NCBI RefSeq assembly: GCF_000020025.1
Contig: NC_010628.1
Span: 6,210,001 to 6,242,000 of the forward strand
Reading direction: 5' to 3'
Source: Nostoc punctiforme PCC 73102
Lineage (GTDB): Bacteria > Cyanobacteriota > Cyanobacteriia > Cyanobacteriales > Nostocaceae
Length of the DNA stretch: 32,000 nucleotides
Part shown: in pieces, positions 7,323 to 15,913 of the stretch
Numbering within the stretch: position 1 is the first letter of the stretch
Layout: every line of letters starts with the position of its first letter
Translations under genes and position numbers: made by a program
Notes under the pieces: generated by a model
Told to the model about the DNA's origin: nothing
Seen by the model: the letters and a program-made list of their open reading frames with translations, nothing else
Databases searched by the model: none

Positions 7323-7838
7323 TTGTCGATCCTAAAGTTGAGCAAAAAGAAAGTGGCTGCTGAGTCAAAGACAATTGCGATCGCACTCAATAATGACTTC
7401 ATTAATAATCTGGATCTGTCGCCTGCCTCAACGGTGATTGAACAACTGCTGCGAGATGGGGCCGCATCCCATGAACAGCAGCTACGCTTTGATATCAATT
7501 ACGATCTCGAACCTGGCGATCCACGGGAACTTTCAGAAATTCCAGAAATACGGCTGTGGTTTGTGCGCCTAGATGCCAAATATCCCTGGTTAGCATTTTT
7601 ACTAGATTGGAAAGCTGGAGAATTTGCTCGTTATGCCGCCATGCTAGTACCACACCAGTTCAGTTCCCAAGACGGCATTCAGTACAATCCTGAAGCCTTA
7701 GAAATATTTTTGATGCACAAAATCTTTATTTTAGGTGATTGGCTCAAACAGCAGGATATCCCCAGCCTCTCGCGGTTAAAGTCTATGGCTCAAATGCTGG
7801 GTTATGAATTAGATGATGCTTTTTTTGAGATATTTTAA
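7323..7838 (+). CDS. CRR6-like protein (chlororespiratory reduction 6 / DUF1817; NDH-1 assembly factor family)
   Basis: 171 aa. Block PGDPRELSEIPEIRLWFVRLDAKYPWLAFLLDWKAGEFARYAAMLVPHQF matches my recollection of cyanobacterial CRR6 homologs. TTG at 7323 is the only start-like codon after the in-frame TAA at 7272. Confidence 0.65.
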   Translation: MSILKLSKKKVAAESKTIAIALNNDFINNLDLSPASTVIEQLLRDGAASHEQQLRFDINYDLEPGDPRELSEIPEIRLWFVRLDAKYPWLAFLLDWKAGEFARYAAMLVPHQFSSQDGIQYNPEALEIFLMHKIFILGDWLKQQDIPSLSRLKSMAQMLGYELDDAFFEIF

Positions 7839-7848
7839 TACTGAAATA

Positions 7849-7885
7849 ACCGCAAAATCTAGCTGTCACAACCAGGTTTTGCGGT
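7849..7885. terminator. Hairpin between convergent genes (ACCGCAAAA / TTTTGCGGT, 9-bp stem, 19-nt loop)
   Basis: Perfect 9-bp stem at 7849-7857 / 7877-7885, 11 nt after the CRR6-like stop. The large loop and absence of a U-tract make this weak. Confidence 0.3.
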
Positions 7886-7955
7886 CATTCAACAAACGCA
7901 TGACTACATTAGATATCCAATAGACTAATTGCAGAAATTGGGGCAAACTGCTGGT

Positions 7956-8915
7956 TTAGCCACCCCAGATTTTCTCTAAAACTGCGTTTGGCGAAACATC
8001 CGCTGTTTTTCCCGTAGGGGATGCAATGGCCAGGAATTTATCGTTTTTCGGCAACAACTTAGCTGGATCGGTGGGCCCAAATAGGGCGATGGTATAGGTT
8101 TGGACTGCAACACTCAGTTGTAGTGCCGGACTATCAGTAGACAACATCAAATTTGCCCCGGCGATCATAGCAGTTAACTTGCCAATATCATCTGGGGCAG
8201 TCACCTTAATATCTGGAGAAGACCCCAGAAGCGATCGCACAAACTGTTCATCGCCAATTCCCTTAACAACCACCACAGGCAGGTCAGGCTGCTTGTCTTG
8301 GAAACCTTGAATAATTTGATGCCAACTTTCGACAGGGTAGATTTTATCCAGTTCTTTAGCCTGAGATAACTGGCCAGAACCGCCATGAATCAAGATATAG
8401 CCTGTTTCATGCACCCCTAAGCGTTTCTGTTCTTTTTGTGCCCACTCAATATCTGGTTTGGGTACATTTACTGCTAACTCTGGGACAGGACTATTTATTT
8501 CCAATGGTTGCAGCAAATCGTGATATGCTGCCGCCACATACTGGGATGCTTTAAATGGCACAGCGTGGGTCAGAAAAACCGAACCATTGCCTTTGTAGCC
8601 AATACGTATGGGAATTCCCGTCAACCAGAGCAAAAGACTAAGCAACCAAATTTGCTTAACAACAATGACAACATCGTATTCGCGATCGCGAATTGTTCCC
8701 ACCAAGTTACCCCAATCTGCCAGACTATTACGGTCGTTAAAATCAAAGTTCAGCACCTCGTGAACTGACTTGCTCACTCGGTAGGCAGCCTTTGACCGGG
8801 GTTCAACAACGACATCTATCTGAGCGTCAGGGTAATTGCGCTTCAGGTCATCTAGAGTCGGAAAGAAGAGAATTTGGTCGCCAATTCCGCCAGGTACAAG
8901 GGCTACTACTCGCAT
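7956..8915 (-). CDS. Glycosyltransferase family 9 protein (heptosyltransferase-like)
   Basis: 319 aa. N-terminus MRVVALVPGGIGDQILFFPTLDDLKRNYP and later ILIHGGSG... are typical of the GT9 two-Rossmann fold. Confidence 0.75.
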   Translation of the reverse strand: MRVVALVPGGIGDQILFFPTLDDLKRNYPDAQIDVVVEPRSKAAYRVSKSVHEVLNFDFNDRNSLADWGNLVGTIRDREYDVVIVVKQIWLLSLLLWLTGIPIRIGYKGNGSVFLTHAVPFKASQYVAAAYHDLLQPLEINSPVPELAVNVPKPDIEWAQKEQKRLGVHETGYILIHGGSGQLSQAKELDKIYPVESWHQIIQGFQDKQPDLPVVVVKGIGDEQFVRSLLGSSPDIKVTAPDDIGKLTAMIAGANLMLSTDSPALQLSVAVQTYTIALFGPTDPAKLLPKNDKFLAIASPTGKTADVSPNAVLEKIWGG

Positions 8916-8984
8916 AATATTTATTGACGCTTACTCGCTCCCTATTTTAGGGGAAAATATATAGCTTAAAGATTGAGGAATTCT

Positions 8985-9668
8985 GTGTATTTACTAATTC
9001 CAGCTGCGGGAATCGGAAAAAGAATGGGTAGTAACCGCAATAAACTCCTGCTGAAAGTGCGATCGCAACCAATTATTGCTTGGACTCTATTAGCCGCAGA
9101 AGCTGCCAATACAATCAGTTGGATCGGGATTATTTCTCAGCCTACCGATTGGCCAGACTTCAGAGCAATTCTCGCCGATCTCAAGCTTACTAAACCAGTG
9201 GAATTGATTCAAGGTGGCTCCACGCGTCAAGAATCTGTTTACAACGGCTTGCAGGCTTTGCCACTAGCCGCAGAACAAGTGTTGATTCACGATGGCGCTA
9301 GATGTCTCGCCACACCAGATTTATTTAACTCTTGTGCCCAAGCCATTCGCCACTGTCCCGGTTTAATTGCTGGTGTACCCGTCAAAGACACCATCAAAGT
9401 TGTTGATGAACAAGGCATAATTCAAGAAACACCCGACAGACAAAAATTGTGGGCGGCACAAACTCCCCAAGGATTTGATGTCAAGTTGTTGAAACAGTGC
9501 CACGCTGAAGGAGTCCGTCAAGGTTGGGAAGTAACTGACGATGCCGCTTTATTTGAAAAGTGCGGCATCGAAGTCCGAATTGTCGAGGGAGAGGAGACAA
9601 ATTTAAAAGTGACGACTCCACAAGATTTAGCGATCGCAGAATTTATTCTCACAACTAGAGGCGTTTGA
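8985..9668 (+). CDS. ispD: 2-C-methyl-D-erythritol 4-phosphate cytidylyltransferase
   Basis: LLIPAAGIGKRMGSNRNKLLL, GGSTRQESV and AAQTPQGF motifs. The track ORF starts at TTG 8973; GTG 8985 (VYLLIPAAG) fits the usual IspD N-terminus better. The start is uncertain by 12 nt. Confidence 0.9.
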   Translation: MYLLIPAAGIGKRMGSNRNKLLLKVRSQPIIAWTLLAAEAANTISWIGIISQPTDWPDFRAILADLKLTKPVELIQGGSTRQESVYNGLQALPLAAEQVLIHDGARCLATPDLFNSCAQAIRHCPGLIAGVPVKDTIKVVDEQGIIQETPDRQKLWAAQTPQGFDVKLLKQCHAEGVRQGWEVTDDAALFEKCGIEVRIVEGEETNLKVTTPQDLAIAEFILTTRGV

Positions 9669-9786
9669 GGAATGGGGAATGGGGAATGAACTAACGTCCA
9701 ATGCCCAATCCCAAATTTGAGGGCTAACAATATTTTGACAATTTACGATATAATGCCACACACTTGTTGATTATTAGTTGTCATGT

Positions 9787-9833
9787 ACTAATGACCAATG
9801 ACTAATGACCAATGACTAATGACAAATGACTAA
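9787..9833. repeat. STRR-type heptamer array (ACTAATG/ACCAATG, about 6.5 copies; TGACCAA is the reverse complement of TTGGTCA)
   Basis: Counted by hand: 9787-9793, 9794-9800 ... 9822-9828. The array abuts the scpB start codon at 9834. Confidence 0.9.
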
Positions 9834-10376
9834 ATGATTACAGCCACAGCGACGAAGATAGAAGCAATTCTCTATTTAAAGGGTAAACCCTTGTCGCTCG
9901 GCGAAATCGCCGAGTATGCAGCGTGCGATCGCGCCGCTGTCAAAGAAGGCATAATTGAACTCATGGACAATTATGCCCACCGAGATAGCGCCCTAGAGGT
10001 AATAGAAACCCCTGATGGTTACAGTTTGCAACTACGGTCTGATTTTCAGGATCTAGTGCAAACGATGATACCAGTAGAATTGGGTGTAGGTGCATTGCGG
10101 ACTTTAGCAGCGATCGCCCTCAATAGTCCAATACTCCAGAGCGACTTGATTAACTTGCGCGGTTCAGGAGTATATCAACACGTTCCAGAACTCGTAGAAC
10201 TTGGTTTTATCCGCAAACGCCGAGATAGCGATTCTCGCTCCTACTCACTCCAAGTAACCCCAAAATTCCATCAGTATTTCCAAATCGAACAACTCCCACA
10301 AATACTTTCCAACAACCAAAAGGAAGAACAACTAGAACTAGAACTAGAACTAAAGGGAGTAGGGAATGGGGAATAG
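9834..10376 (+). CDS. scpB: Segregation and condensation protein B
   Basis: 180 aa. KIEAILYLKGKPLSLGEIAEY, LRTLAAIALNSPILQSDLINLRGSG and ELGFI indicate the tandem winged-helix ScpB family. Confidence 0.9.
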   Translation: MITATATKIEAILYLKGKPLSLGEIAEYAACDRAAVKEGIIELMDNYAHRDSALEVIETPDGYSLQLRSDFQDLVQTMIPVELGVGALRTLAAIALNSPILQSDLINLRGSGVYQHVPELVELGFIRKRRDSDSRSYSLQVTPKFHQYFQIEQLPQILSNNQKEEQLELELELKGVGNGE

Positions 10377-10480
10377 GGAATGGGGATGATGAGGAAGACA
10401 AGGAGGAATTATTGAATAAGTCTCTTCCTTGTCTCCCCCCTCTTCCTTGTCTCTTCTTCATGCCCAATTCCCAATTCCCA
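10355..10480. repeat. Foldback composite repeat: GGGAATG array, GGAAGACAAGG arm, 23-nt core (10406-10428), CTTCCTTGTCT arms, CCCAATT array
   Basis: Core GAATTATTGAATAAGTCTCTTCC is the exact reverse complement of 19135-19157. The arms are imperfectly self-complementary. The repeat overlaps the last codons of scpB. Confidence 0.85.
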
Positions 10481-10483
10481 CTT

Positions 10484-10570
10484 GCCCTGAGCGTAAAGCC
10501 TACGGCATAGCTTCGCTTAACGCGTAGCGTCTCGTAGAGAAGGCGTTCGCATAGCGTCCCGCAGGGAAGG
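10484..10570. repeat. GC-rich CGTAGCG-type dispersed element with short inverted ends (CCCTGAGCG ... CGCAGGG)
   Basis: ..GCTTCGCTTAACGCGTAGCGTCTCGTAGAGAAGGCGTTCGCATAGCGTCCCGCAGGG. Related CGTAGCG/GCTACGC-containing stretches occur at about 11173-11225 and 19722-19760. It is flanked by CCCAAT heptamers. Confidence 0.55.
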
Positions 10571-10673
10571 GATTCCCAATCCCCAATCCCAATGACTTAT
10601 ACCCGTGGTGAATGCGCTAGCCTTGTACTATGGTTTAGAGTAGAGTTAGCAATTAAGCTAAATAAAACTGCCA

Positions 10674-11021
10674 ATGGTGTTTAATCCTGACTTTTTAAAT
10701 GACAACTCCGAGGAACACCCTAATCAACTTCTTTCCGACCACGCTGAGGAATACCCCAATCAGTTACTCAAATATCTACAACATCAGTCTCCTGATGTTC
10801 TAGCGAGGATTGCTCAATCCGCCAGCCCTGAAATTAAACAAATCATCTCGCAAAATGTCCAAGGGCTAGTAGGAATGCTCCCGGCAGAAAATTTCAACGT
10901 GCAAATTACAACAGATCGGGATAACTTAGCTGGGCTTCTAGCGTCGGCCATGATGACAGGGTATTTTCTGCGCCAGATGGAACAAAGAATGCAGTTAGAG
11001 CATTTGTCTAATGGTCAATAG
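10674..11021 (+). CDS. DUF760 domain-containing protein
   Basis: 115 aa. IKQIISQNVQGLVGMLP...NLAGLLASAMMTGYFLRQMEQRMQLE matches the conserved DUF760 core as I recall it. Confidence 0.7.
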   Translation: MVFNPDFLNDNSEEHPNQLLSDHAEEYPNQLLKYLQHQSPDVLARIAQSASPEIKQIISQNVQGLVGMLPAENFNVQITTDRDNLAGLLASAMMTGYFLRQMEQRMQLEHLSNGQ

Positions 11022-11051
11022 TCAATAGTCAAACATTCTGGGACTATTGAC
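11021..11051 (+). terminator. Perfect 10-bp stem hairpin directly after the DUF760 stop (GTCAATAGTC / GACTATTGAC, 11-nt loop)
   Basis: Stem at 11021-11030 / 11042-11051. The following sequence is A/T-rich but is not a clean U-tract. Confidence 0.35.
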
Positions 11052-11062
11052 CAAATAATTAC

Positions 11063-11272
11063 TAATTCGTAATTCGTAATTCGTAATTCAAAAAGTTACA
11101 TCAACCCACACTGGATTAAAAATTCAGTGGTTAACAAGACATTTGTTGAGAGTTCAAGCTTCCACTGATAACGTAGCGGTAGCAAATTCGCTTACTCCTG
11201 CAAAGAAGCAAGCTACGCACAGGATCTCTTAGAGAGCGTCTTGCAATTACGAATTATCAATTACGAATTATT
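11063..11272. repeat. About 210-bp segment bracketed by inverted heptamer arrays (TAATTCG x about 5 at 11063-11096; AATTACG/AATTATC x4 at 11245-11272)
   Basis: CGAATTA on the right is the reverse complement of TAATTCG on the left. The interior contains a CGTAGCG-type motif. The segment ends 4 nt before the HtrA-family stop (11277-11279). Confidence 0.75.
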
Positions 11273-11276
11273 TTGA

Positions 11277-12509
11277 CTACTTCCTTTCAGGATAAGCTCC
11301 TGATTGTACTTTGAAGGTTTGAATTTTCCCGCTACGATTGACCTCGATAGCTATTATGTCCCCAACTTTGCTGGACTCTACCAGCTTTTGAACTTGGGCC
11401 GAGGTTTTGACTGGCTTACCGTTAACTTTTTGAATCACGTCTCCAGGAAGCAATCCTCCACGCTTGGCTGGGGAATCGCCTGTGACTCCTTTAATCACAA
11501 TCCCAACATCCTGCTGAATGTTCAGTTGATTCTCTTGATTAATCTGCTGTTTTTTAATGGCAGAAAGGTCTGCCATTTCAACACCCAAGAAGGGATGTTC
11601 TACACGCCCTTTGGTAAAAAGTTCATTGGCAATGCGGGCGGCGGTTTCAATGGGGATCGCAAAACCGAGTCCTTGAGCATCAGCACGAATGGCAGTATTA
11701 ACACCAATCACTTCGCCTTGAGCGTTTAACAAGGGTCCACCGGAATTACCAGGGTTAATTGCAGCATCAGTTTGGATAAAGCTAACTCGCTTATCTGGTA
11801 CACCAACTTGAGTACTGGTGCGATCGGTAGCGCTGATAATGCCGATAGTGACAGTATTATCTAAACCCAGAGGGTTGCCAATTGCGATCGCCCACTGTCC
11901 TGGTATTAAGTTTTGCGAATTGCCCAGTTTTACAGTTGGCAAATGATTCGCTTTTATTTTCACCACTGCCACATCTGTCACAGAATCAACTCCTACCACC
12001 TTCCCCTCTAAACTTCGACCATCCTTGAGGGTGACTTGTACTGTATCTGTATCTGCTACTACATGAGCGTTAGTGAGTAATTCCCCATCCTCGCTCAAAA
12101 TAAATCCCGATCCTGTACCGCGCTCAATCCGTTCTTCGGGAATTGGTTGCTCATCCTCTCCAAAAAATCGCCGCAAGAGCGGATTTTTTAACGCGTCAGA
12201 GATGGGATTGGCGACTTTGCGAGTGGCATTAATTCGCACCACAGCCGGGCCAACTTTTTGCACTGCCGTCGCAATAAAATTCACATTATCGCCTCCAGTA
12301 GCCCCAATTGCTCCATTAGGAGAATTTGGCACTACAGATTCTGGAGGCGAAGCCATTGTCACATTTCTTAACTGTTGGAATGAGGAATTTTGTAGCAGGA
12401 GATAGCGACTGCCAAACAAACCTGCACCACAGCCAAATACCAGTAAGAACAAATAAACACCTAGTTGGTTTAAAGATAACTTCATAATAATTCTGCTTAA
12501 GGACAACAA
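11277..12509 (-). CDS. HtrA/DegP-family serine protease (trypsin-like domain plus PDZ; HhoA/HhoB/HtrA group)
   Basis: 410 aa with an N-terminal TM segment. Catalytic-triad contexts are TNAHVV, DVAVVKI and GNSGGPLLN. The C-terminal PDZ region contains GLLPGDVIQKVNG. Confidence 0.9.
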   Translation of the reverse strand: MLSLSRIIMKLSLNQLGVYLFLLVFGCGAGLFGSRYLLLQNSSFQQLRNVTMASPPESVVPNSPNGAIGATGGDNVNFIATAVQKVGPAVVRINATRKVANPISDALKNPLLRRFFGEDEQPIPEERIERGTGSGFILSEDGELLTNAHVVADTDTVQVTLKDGRSLEGKVVGVDSVTDVAVVKIKANHLPTVKLGNSQNLIPGQWAIAIGNPLGLDNTVTIGIISATDRTSTQVGVPDKRVSFIQTDAAINPGNSGGPLLNAQGEVIGVNTAIRADAQGLGFAIPIETAARIANELFTKGRVEHPFLGVEMADLSAIKKQQINQENQLNIQQDVGIVIKGVTGDSPAKRGGLLPGDVIQKVNGKPVKTSAQVQKLVESSKVGDIIAIEVNRSGKIQTFKVQSGAYPERK

Positions 12510-12577
12510 TGCAGTTGCTAATTTCTAAGTGTAGTCAAGCTAACGGCAAGTGGACAGATCAATTTACGAGGAATTAA

Positions 12578-12690
12578 GCATTGGGAATTGGGAATTGGGA
12601 AGAGGACTTGGGGACAAGGGGAAAGACTTGTTTCAAGTTCTCACCCCTTGTCCCCTTGTCCCCCTGCTCCCCGATCTCCCCACTTCCCAC
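12578..12690. repeat. Foldback composite repeat (AATTGGG array; perfect 12-bp stem GGGGACAAGGGG 12610-12621 / CCCCTTGTCCCC 12644-12655; CCCTGCT tail)
   Basis: The 22-nt loop AAAGACTTGTTTCAAGTTCTCA is a diverged version of the 23-nt core at 19135-19157, in the same orientation. It lies between divergent htrA-like and M23 genes. Confidence 0.8.
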
Positions 12691-12715
12691 ACTCTCCATC
12701 TAAAATTTAAAGTTA

Positions 12716-13630
12716 ATGCGCTCTCGATCTGTATACATGACTTTAACCTTTCGTCAACTGTTTCTCTGTAGCCTAGTTAGCGCCTTGGGCCTAGTAAGCA
12801 TACTGCCAAACTTGAACAGTGCTAACGCTGCTGTAGGTGGTTGCCCGATTCCAGCCCTATCTCGCTTCCAACGCCATAAAGTTGTTCGTGGCGAAACTTT
12901 GGAGAGCATAGCGCAGCGCTACAATCTCATACCTACAACTATTATTGGCATGAATCCAGCTTTGCAGAATGGCGCGGTCGCAGCCGTTGGTAGTGTGCTT
13001 CAAATTCCTCCCTACAATGGGATTGTAGTTGAAGTACCTCGTGGTCAAACTTGGCGACAGGTAGCAGCACAATACAAAGTTCGTGCTGATAGCCTTTTTG
13101 AGGTGAATGGCTGCCAACAAGACCCCAGAATCGTGTTTGTTCCGGGGGTAAATTGGTCGCCCAATGGTGTTGTAACTAAGTCCCCTTTACCTACTGATGC
13201 AGCTACGCCAAACCGTGCATCCCTGTCTGGATATCCCTTGGCACAAGTGGCAAATGTAGGATTAGCTTATGGATGGCAAATTAATCCGGCGACAGGTGAA
13301 GTTTTCTTCCACAGTGGTGTTGACTTATTAGCACCAGTTGGGAGTAATGTGTTAGCGATCGCTCCTGGAACCGTAGCCTTTGCTAATGACCAAGGTTCTT
13401 ATGGCAAGTTGGTCATCATTAACCACAGTGGCGGGCTTCAAAGCCGCTACGCCCAACTTGACAGTATCAAGGTTACTGTCGGTCAGCAAGTAAAAAAAGG
13501 AGACTTACTAGGAACAGTAGGCACTAGTGGAAAACCAACTTCCACTCAACCGCATCTCCATTTTGAAGTGCGTTCTACCTCATCTTTGGGTTGGGTAGCA
13601 CAAGACCCAAAAGGTTATTTGAAGAAATGA
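12716..13630 (+). CDS. LysM domain-containing M23 family metallopeptidase (secreted peptidoglycan hydrolase)
   Basis: Signal-like N-terminus ending NSANA. LysM region [19 protein letters not shown]23 motifs FHSGVDL and [11 protein letters not shown] 12737 is an alternative start. Confidence 0.9.
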   Translation: MRSRSVYMTLTFRQLFLCSLVSALGLVSILPNLNSANAAVGGCPIPALSRFQRHKVVRGETLESIAQRYNLIPTTIIGMNPALQNGAVAAVGSVLQIPPYNGIVVEVPRGQTWRQVAAQYKVRADSLFEVNGCQQDPRIVFVPGVNWSPNGVVTKSPLPTDAATPNRASLSGYPLAQVANVGLAYGWQINPATGEVFFHSGVDLLAPVGSNVLAIAPGTVAFANDQGSYGKLVIINHSGGLQSRYAQLDSIKVTVGQQVKKGDLLGTVGTSGKPTSTQPHLHFEVRSTSSLGWVAQDPKGYLKK

Positions 13631-13633
13631 AGA

Positions 13634-13765
13634 AGCGGGGAGGCAGGGGAGCAGGGGAAGCAGAGGGAGCAAGGGGGAAATAACCAATTCCCAATTCCCA
13701 ATTTCCAATTCCCAATGCCCAATACCCAATACCCAATGCCCAATGCCCTATGCCCAATTCCCAAA
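13634..13765. repeat. Heptamer arrays between convergent genes (GGGGAGCA-type, then CCAATTC/CCAATGC-type, about 10 copies)
   Basis: GCGGGGAGGCAGGGGAGCAGGGGAAGCAGAGGGAGCAAGGGGG followed by CCAATTCCCAATTCCCAATTTCCAATTCCCAATGCCCAATACCC... The array extends into the last codons of the 13748-14782 gene. Confidence 0.85.
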
Positions 13766-14782
13766 TTCGCTAGATTTTATGATGTGCATTCCTGCCTCTG
13801 CAAACCTTGCAAATGCTGCATCTGCCTGTTCTGTGTAGTCCACAATATTTGGAACAACAACGGGGGAAGTGCAATCTTCTAAGAGATAGATTTTTTGAGC
13901 GAGGGTAGCATCTACCTCTTTAATTTCTGTTAATAAATCGTCAATTGTCCAGGCGACGCAATGACTTTTAGCTTGACCACCAATAATAACAGTATCAAAT
14001 TCTAAAAGTTGCTTAATCAAACGGGTGTTCTTTTGACCAAGTGGACGTTGTTCAAAATCTTCCAACACCTCTGGACGTAAGATCGAATAGTTTTCTGTTA
14101 AAGGATTTTCACCTTTGATTTCAAATTGTGTTTGGCTTTGACGAGCAATACTGTGGAAAAATATTGCCTCCTCCACCGATGAAACTAAAGCATGACCAAT
14201 ACCGCCCAACATAGAATGATAAGGCCAAATTGTCAGGGGATATTTACCATCTTGACTGAGTTTTCTAACGTAATGATAAGCGTGTTTTTCTAATAACTCA
14301 TAATCCCCATTAGTAACACTGTTAGCAACTGCTGGGTTAACCTTCCAGATACCTTGTTCAATGTCTGCTAAAGTGATGTTAGTTGCTGCTGGAGTAGGAT
14401 GTTCTCCGGCAGCATTCACCCAAAAAATAGGATGGAAGATTTGCGTTGCTGTATGGGTATCTAGAGTAGGTATAATTTTTGTAATGACTCCCAAGTTGCG
14501 ATAGATAAACTCACACAATCTGACGTTATCATTCACCGCCTCATTCCCAGATTGTCCACCTACAAATAATTCAAAGTTGGGGATGCAAAAAGTATTTTGA
14601 ACATCAATTAACAATAAGCAAATACGATTTTTATCTGAAGATGCTGCTTTGATGCCATGTTGTTTTACCCAAGCTTCAGCTGTTGCAGCTATTTGTTGGT
14701 AAGGTACACGCCAGACCTCTCCTACTTTATTGGGGTTAAAGTGTGGGGGAATTGGTAGTTGGGTTGTTGTTTGGGCGATCAT
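13748..14782 (-). CDS. Isochorismatase-family cysteine hydrolase (nicotinamidase-like) with an N-terminal extension
   Basis: 344 aa. [14 protein letters not shown] and [14 protein letters not shown] match the isochorismatase/nicotinamidase Asp and Cys contexts. Confidence 0.7.
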   Translation of the reverse strand: MIAQTTTQLPIPPHFNPNKVGEVWRVPYQQIAATAEAWVKQHGIKAASSDKNRICLLLIDVQNTFCIPNFELFVGGQSGNEAVNDNVRLCEFIYRNLGVITKIIPTLDTHTATQIFHPIFWVNAAGEHPTPAATNITLADIEQGIWKVNPAVANSVTNGDYELLEKHAYHYVRKLSQDGKYPLTIWPYHSMLGGIGHALVSSVEEAIFFHSIARQSQTQFEIKGENPLTENYSILRPEVLEDFEQRPLGQKNTRLIKQLLEFDTVIIGGQAKSHCVAWTIDDLLTEIKEVDATLAQKIYLLEDCTSPVVVPNIVDYTEQADAAFARFAEAGMHIIKSSEFGNWA

Positions 14783-14960
14783 AATTTCAGCTTTTCAATT
14801 TTATATTAGGATTTACGCACATTCATCGAATTCTTCTTTGAGCAAAGCACGATTTCGGATGTCACAGGTTGAGCAGTAATACTCTACTCAACCGTAACCT
14901 CCAATTATTGATACAGCAATAAATAACAATATTGTTAGTTCCAGAACAGGATGATAACTA

Positions 14961-15108
14961 TAGGAATCCGCTTTGATTTTTGTATCCCTCACGGGAGCGT
15001 AGCCATATTTACTTGCGTGGGAAGGCAAGAGGCAAGAGACAATAAGCAATAGGAAAGAAGGCTTTTTGAATTGTACGGAGTTTTTTCAAAAATCAAATAT
15101 GAGTCCTA
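14961..15108. mobile_element. 148-bp MITE-like element with 22-nt imperfect terminal inverted repeats (TAGGAATCCGCTTTGATTTTTG ... CAAAAATCAAATATGAGTCCTA)
   Basis: Left TIR 14961-14982, right TIR 15087-15108; about 17/22 positions are complementary. The interior carries GGCAAGA heptamers and GGAAAGAAGGCTTTTTGA. The right half recurs at 7105-7186 and a fragment at 27462-27489. No coding capacity. Confidence 0.65.
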
Positions 15109-15289
15109 TATCAATGATACTTATGACATAAATCTTCTGATAGAGAGACGAGAACAAGATGAAATTGTATTCTGTTAACAATGTTATTTTGACGTAAATA
15201 TTTATAAGGAAAAAATGGTTTTTATCAGAATTTAAGCCAGAAGAATTACTGAATATTATTACTCAACAAAAGCAGAATGGAGTAAAAAG

Positions 15290-15913
15290 ATGAAGTTTCG
15301 CCTAAGACGGCGTAGATTGGGCCAATTGATGCTCGTCAGTACAGTAGCGACTACGCTCAGTAGTTTTGCAGAGAAAACTGTGGCACAAACTCCGATAAAA
15401 AGAACTACCCCCATGCTGAAAAGTTCGATATCTGAAACTATGAAGGTGACGCTACAGGTGAACGGAACAAAACATAGTTTGCAAATTGAACCGCGTGTTA
15501 CCTTACTTGATGCACTTCGCGAATACATAGGGCTAACTGGTAGTAAAAAAGGTTGTGACCACGCTCAATGCGGTGCTTGTACAGTGCTGGTTGATGGACA
15601 GCGAATTAACTCCTGCCTGACTTTTGCCATCATGCACACAGATGCTGCCATTACAACTATTGAAGGTCTGGCACAAGGAGACAATCTGCACCCGATGCAA
15701 GCCGCATTTGTTGCCCGCGACGCATTTCAGTGCGGTTATTGCACACCGGGACAAATTTGTTCGGCGGTGAGTTTAGTCAACGAAGGACACGCTAAGTCAG
15801 ATGACGACATTCGGGAATTGATGAGCGGTAATATCTGCCGTTGCGGTGCTTATCCAAATATCGTGGCTGCTGTCCGCGATGTCTTAGAAGGAAAAAAAGA
15901 TGCAGCCGTTTAA
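15290..15913 (+). CDS. [2Fe-2S]-binding small subunit of a periplasmic molybdenum aldehyde oxidoreductase (PaoA/YagT-like) with twin-arginine signal
   Basis: Leader MKFRLRRRRLGQLMLVSTVATTLSSFAEKTVAQ. Cys motifs GCDHAQCGACTV..SC and CGYCTPG..CRCG are typical of the xanthine dehydrogenase family small subunit. Confidence 0.9.
   Translation: MKFRLRRRRLGQLMLVSTVATTLSSFAEKTVAQTPIKRTTPMLKSSISETMKVTLQVNGTKHSLQIEPRVTLLDALREYIGLTGSKKGCDHAQCGACTVLVDGQRINSCLTFAIMHTDAAITTIEGLAQGDNLHPMQAAFVARDAFQCGYCTPGQICSAVSLVNEGHAKSDDDIRELMSGNICRCGAYPNIVAAVRDVLEGKKDAAV

Noticed and set aside
10207-10467. ORF 10207-10467(-), 86 aa
   Set aside because: It is the antisense of the scpB 3' end plus the foldback repeat. 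The translation is repeat-derived (LVLVLVLV, SSSSS).
12550-12771. ORF 12550-12771(+), 73 aa; similarly 13575-13757(-), 60 aa
   Set aside because: Both are read through heptamer/foldback repeats (GNWELG.., [20 protein letters not shown]). Such pseudo-ORFs are typical of STRR arrays.
15110-15289. Possible Moco riboswitch upstream of the molybdoenzyme operon
   Set aside because: The 180-nt leader is very AT-rich. It has no GC-rich paired elements or conserved Moco-motif-like blocks that I can see.
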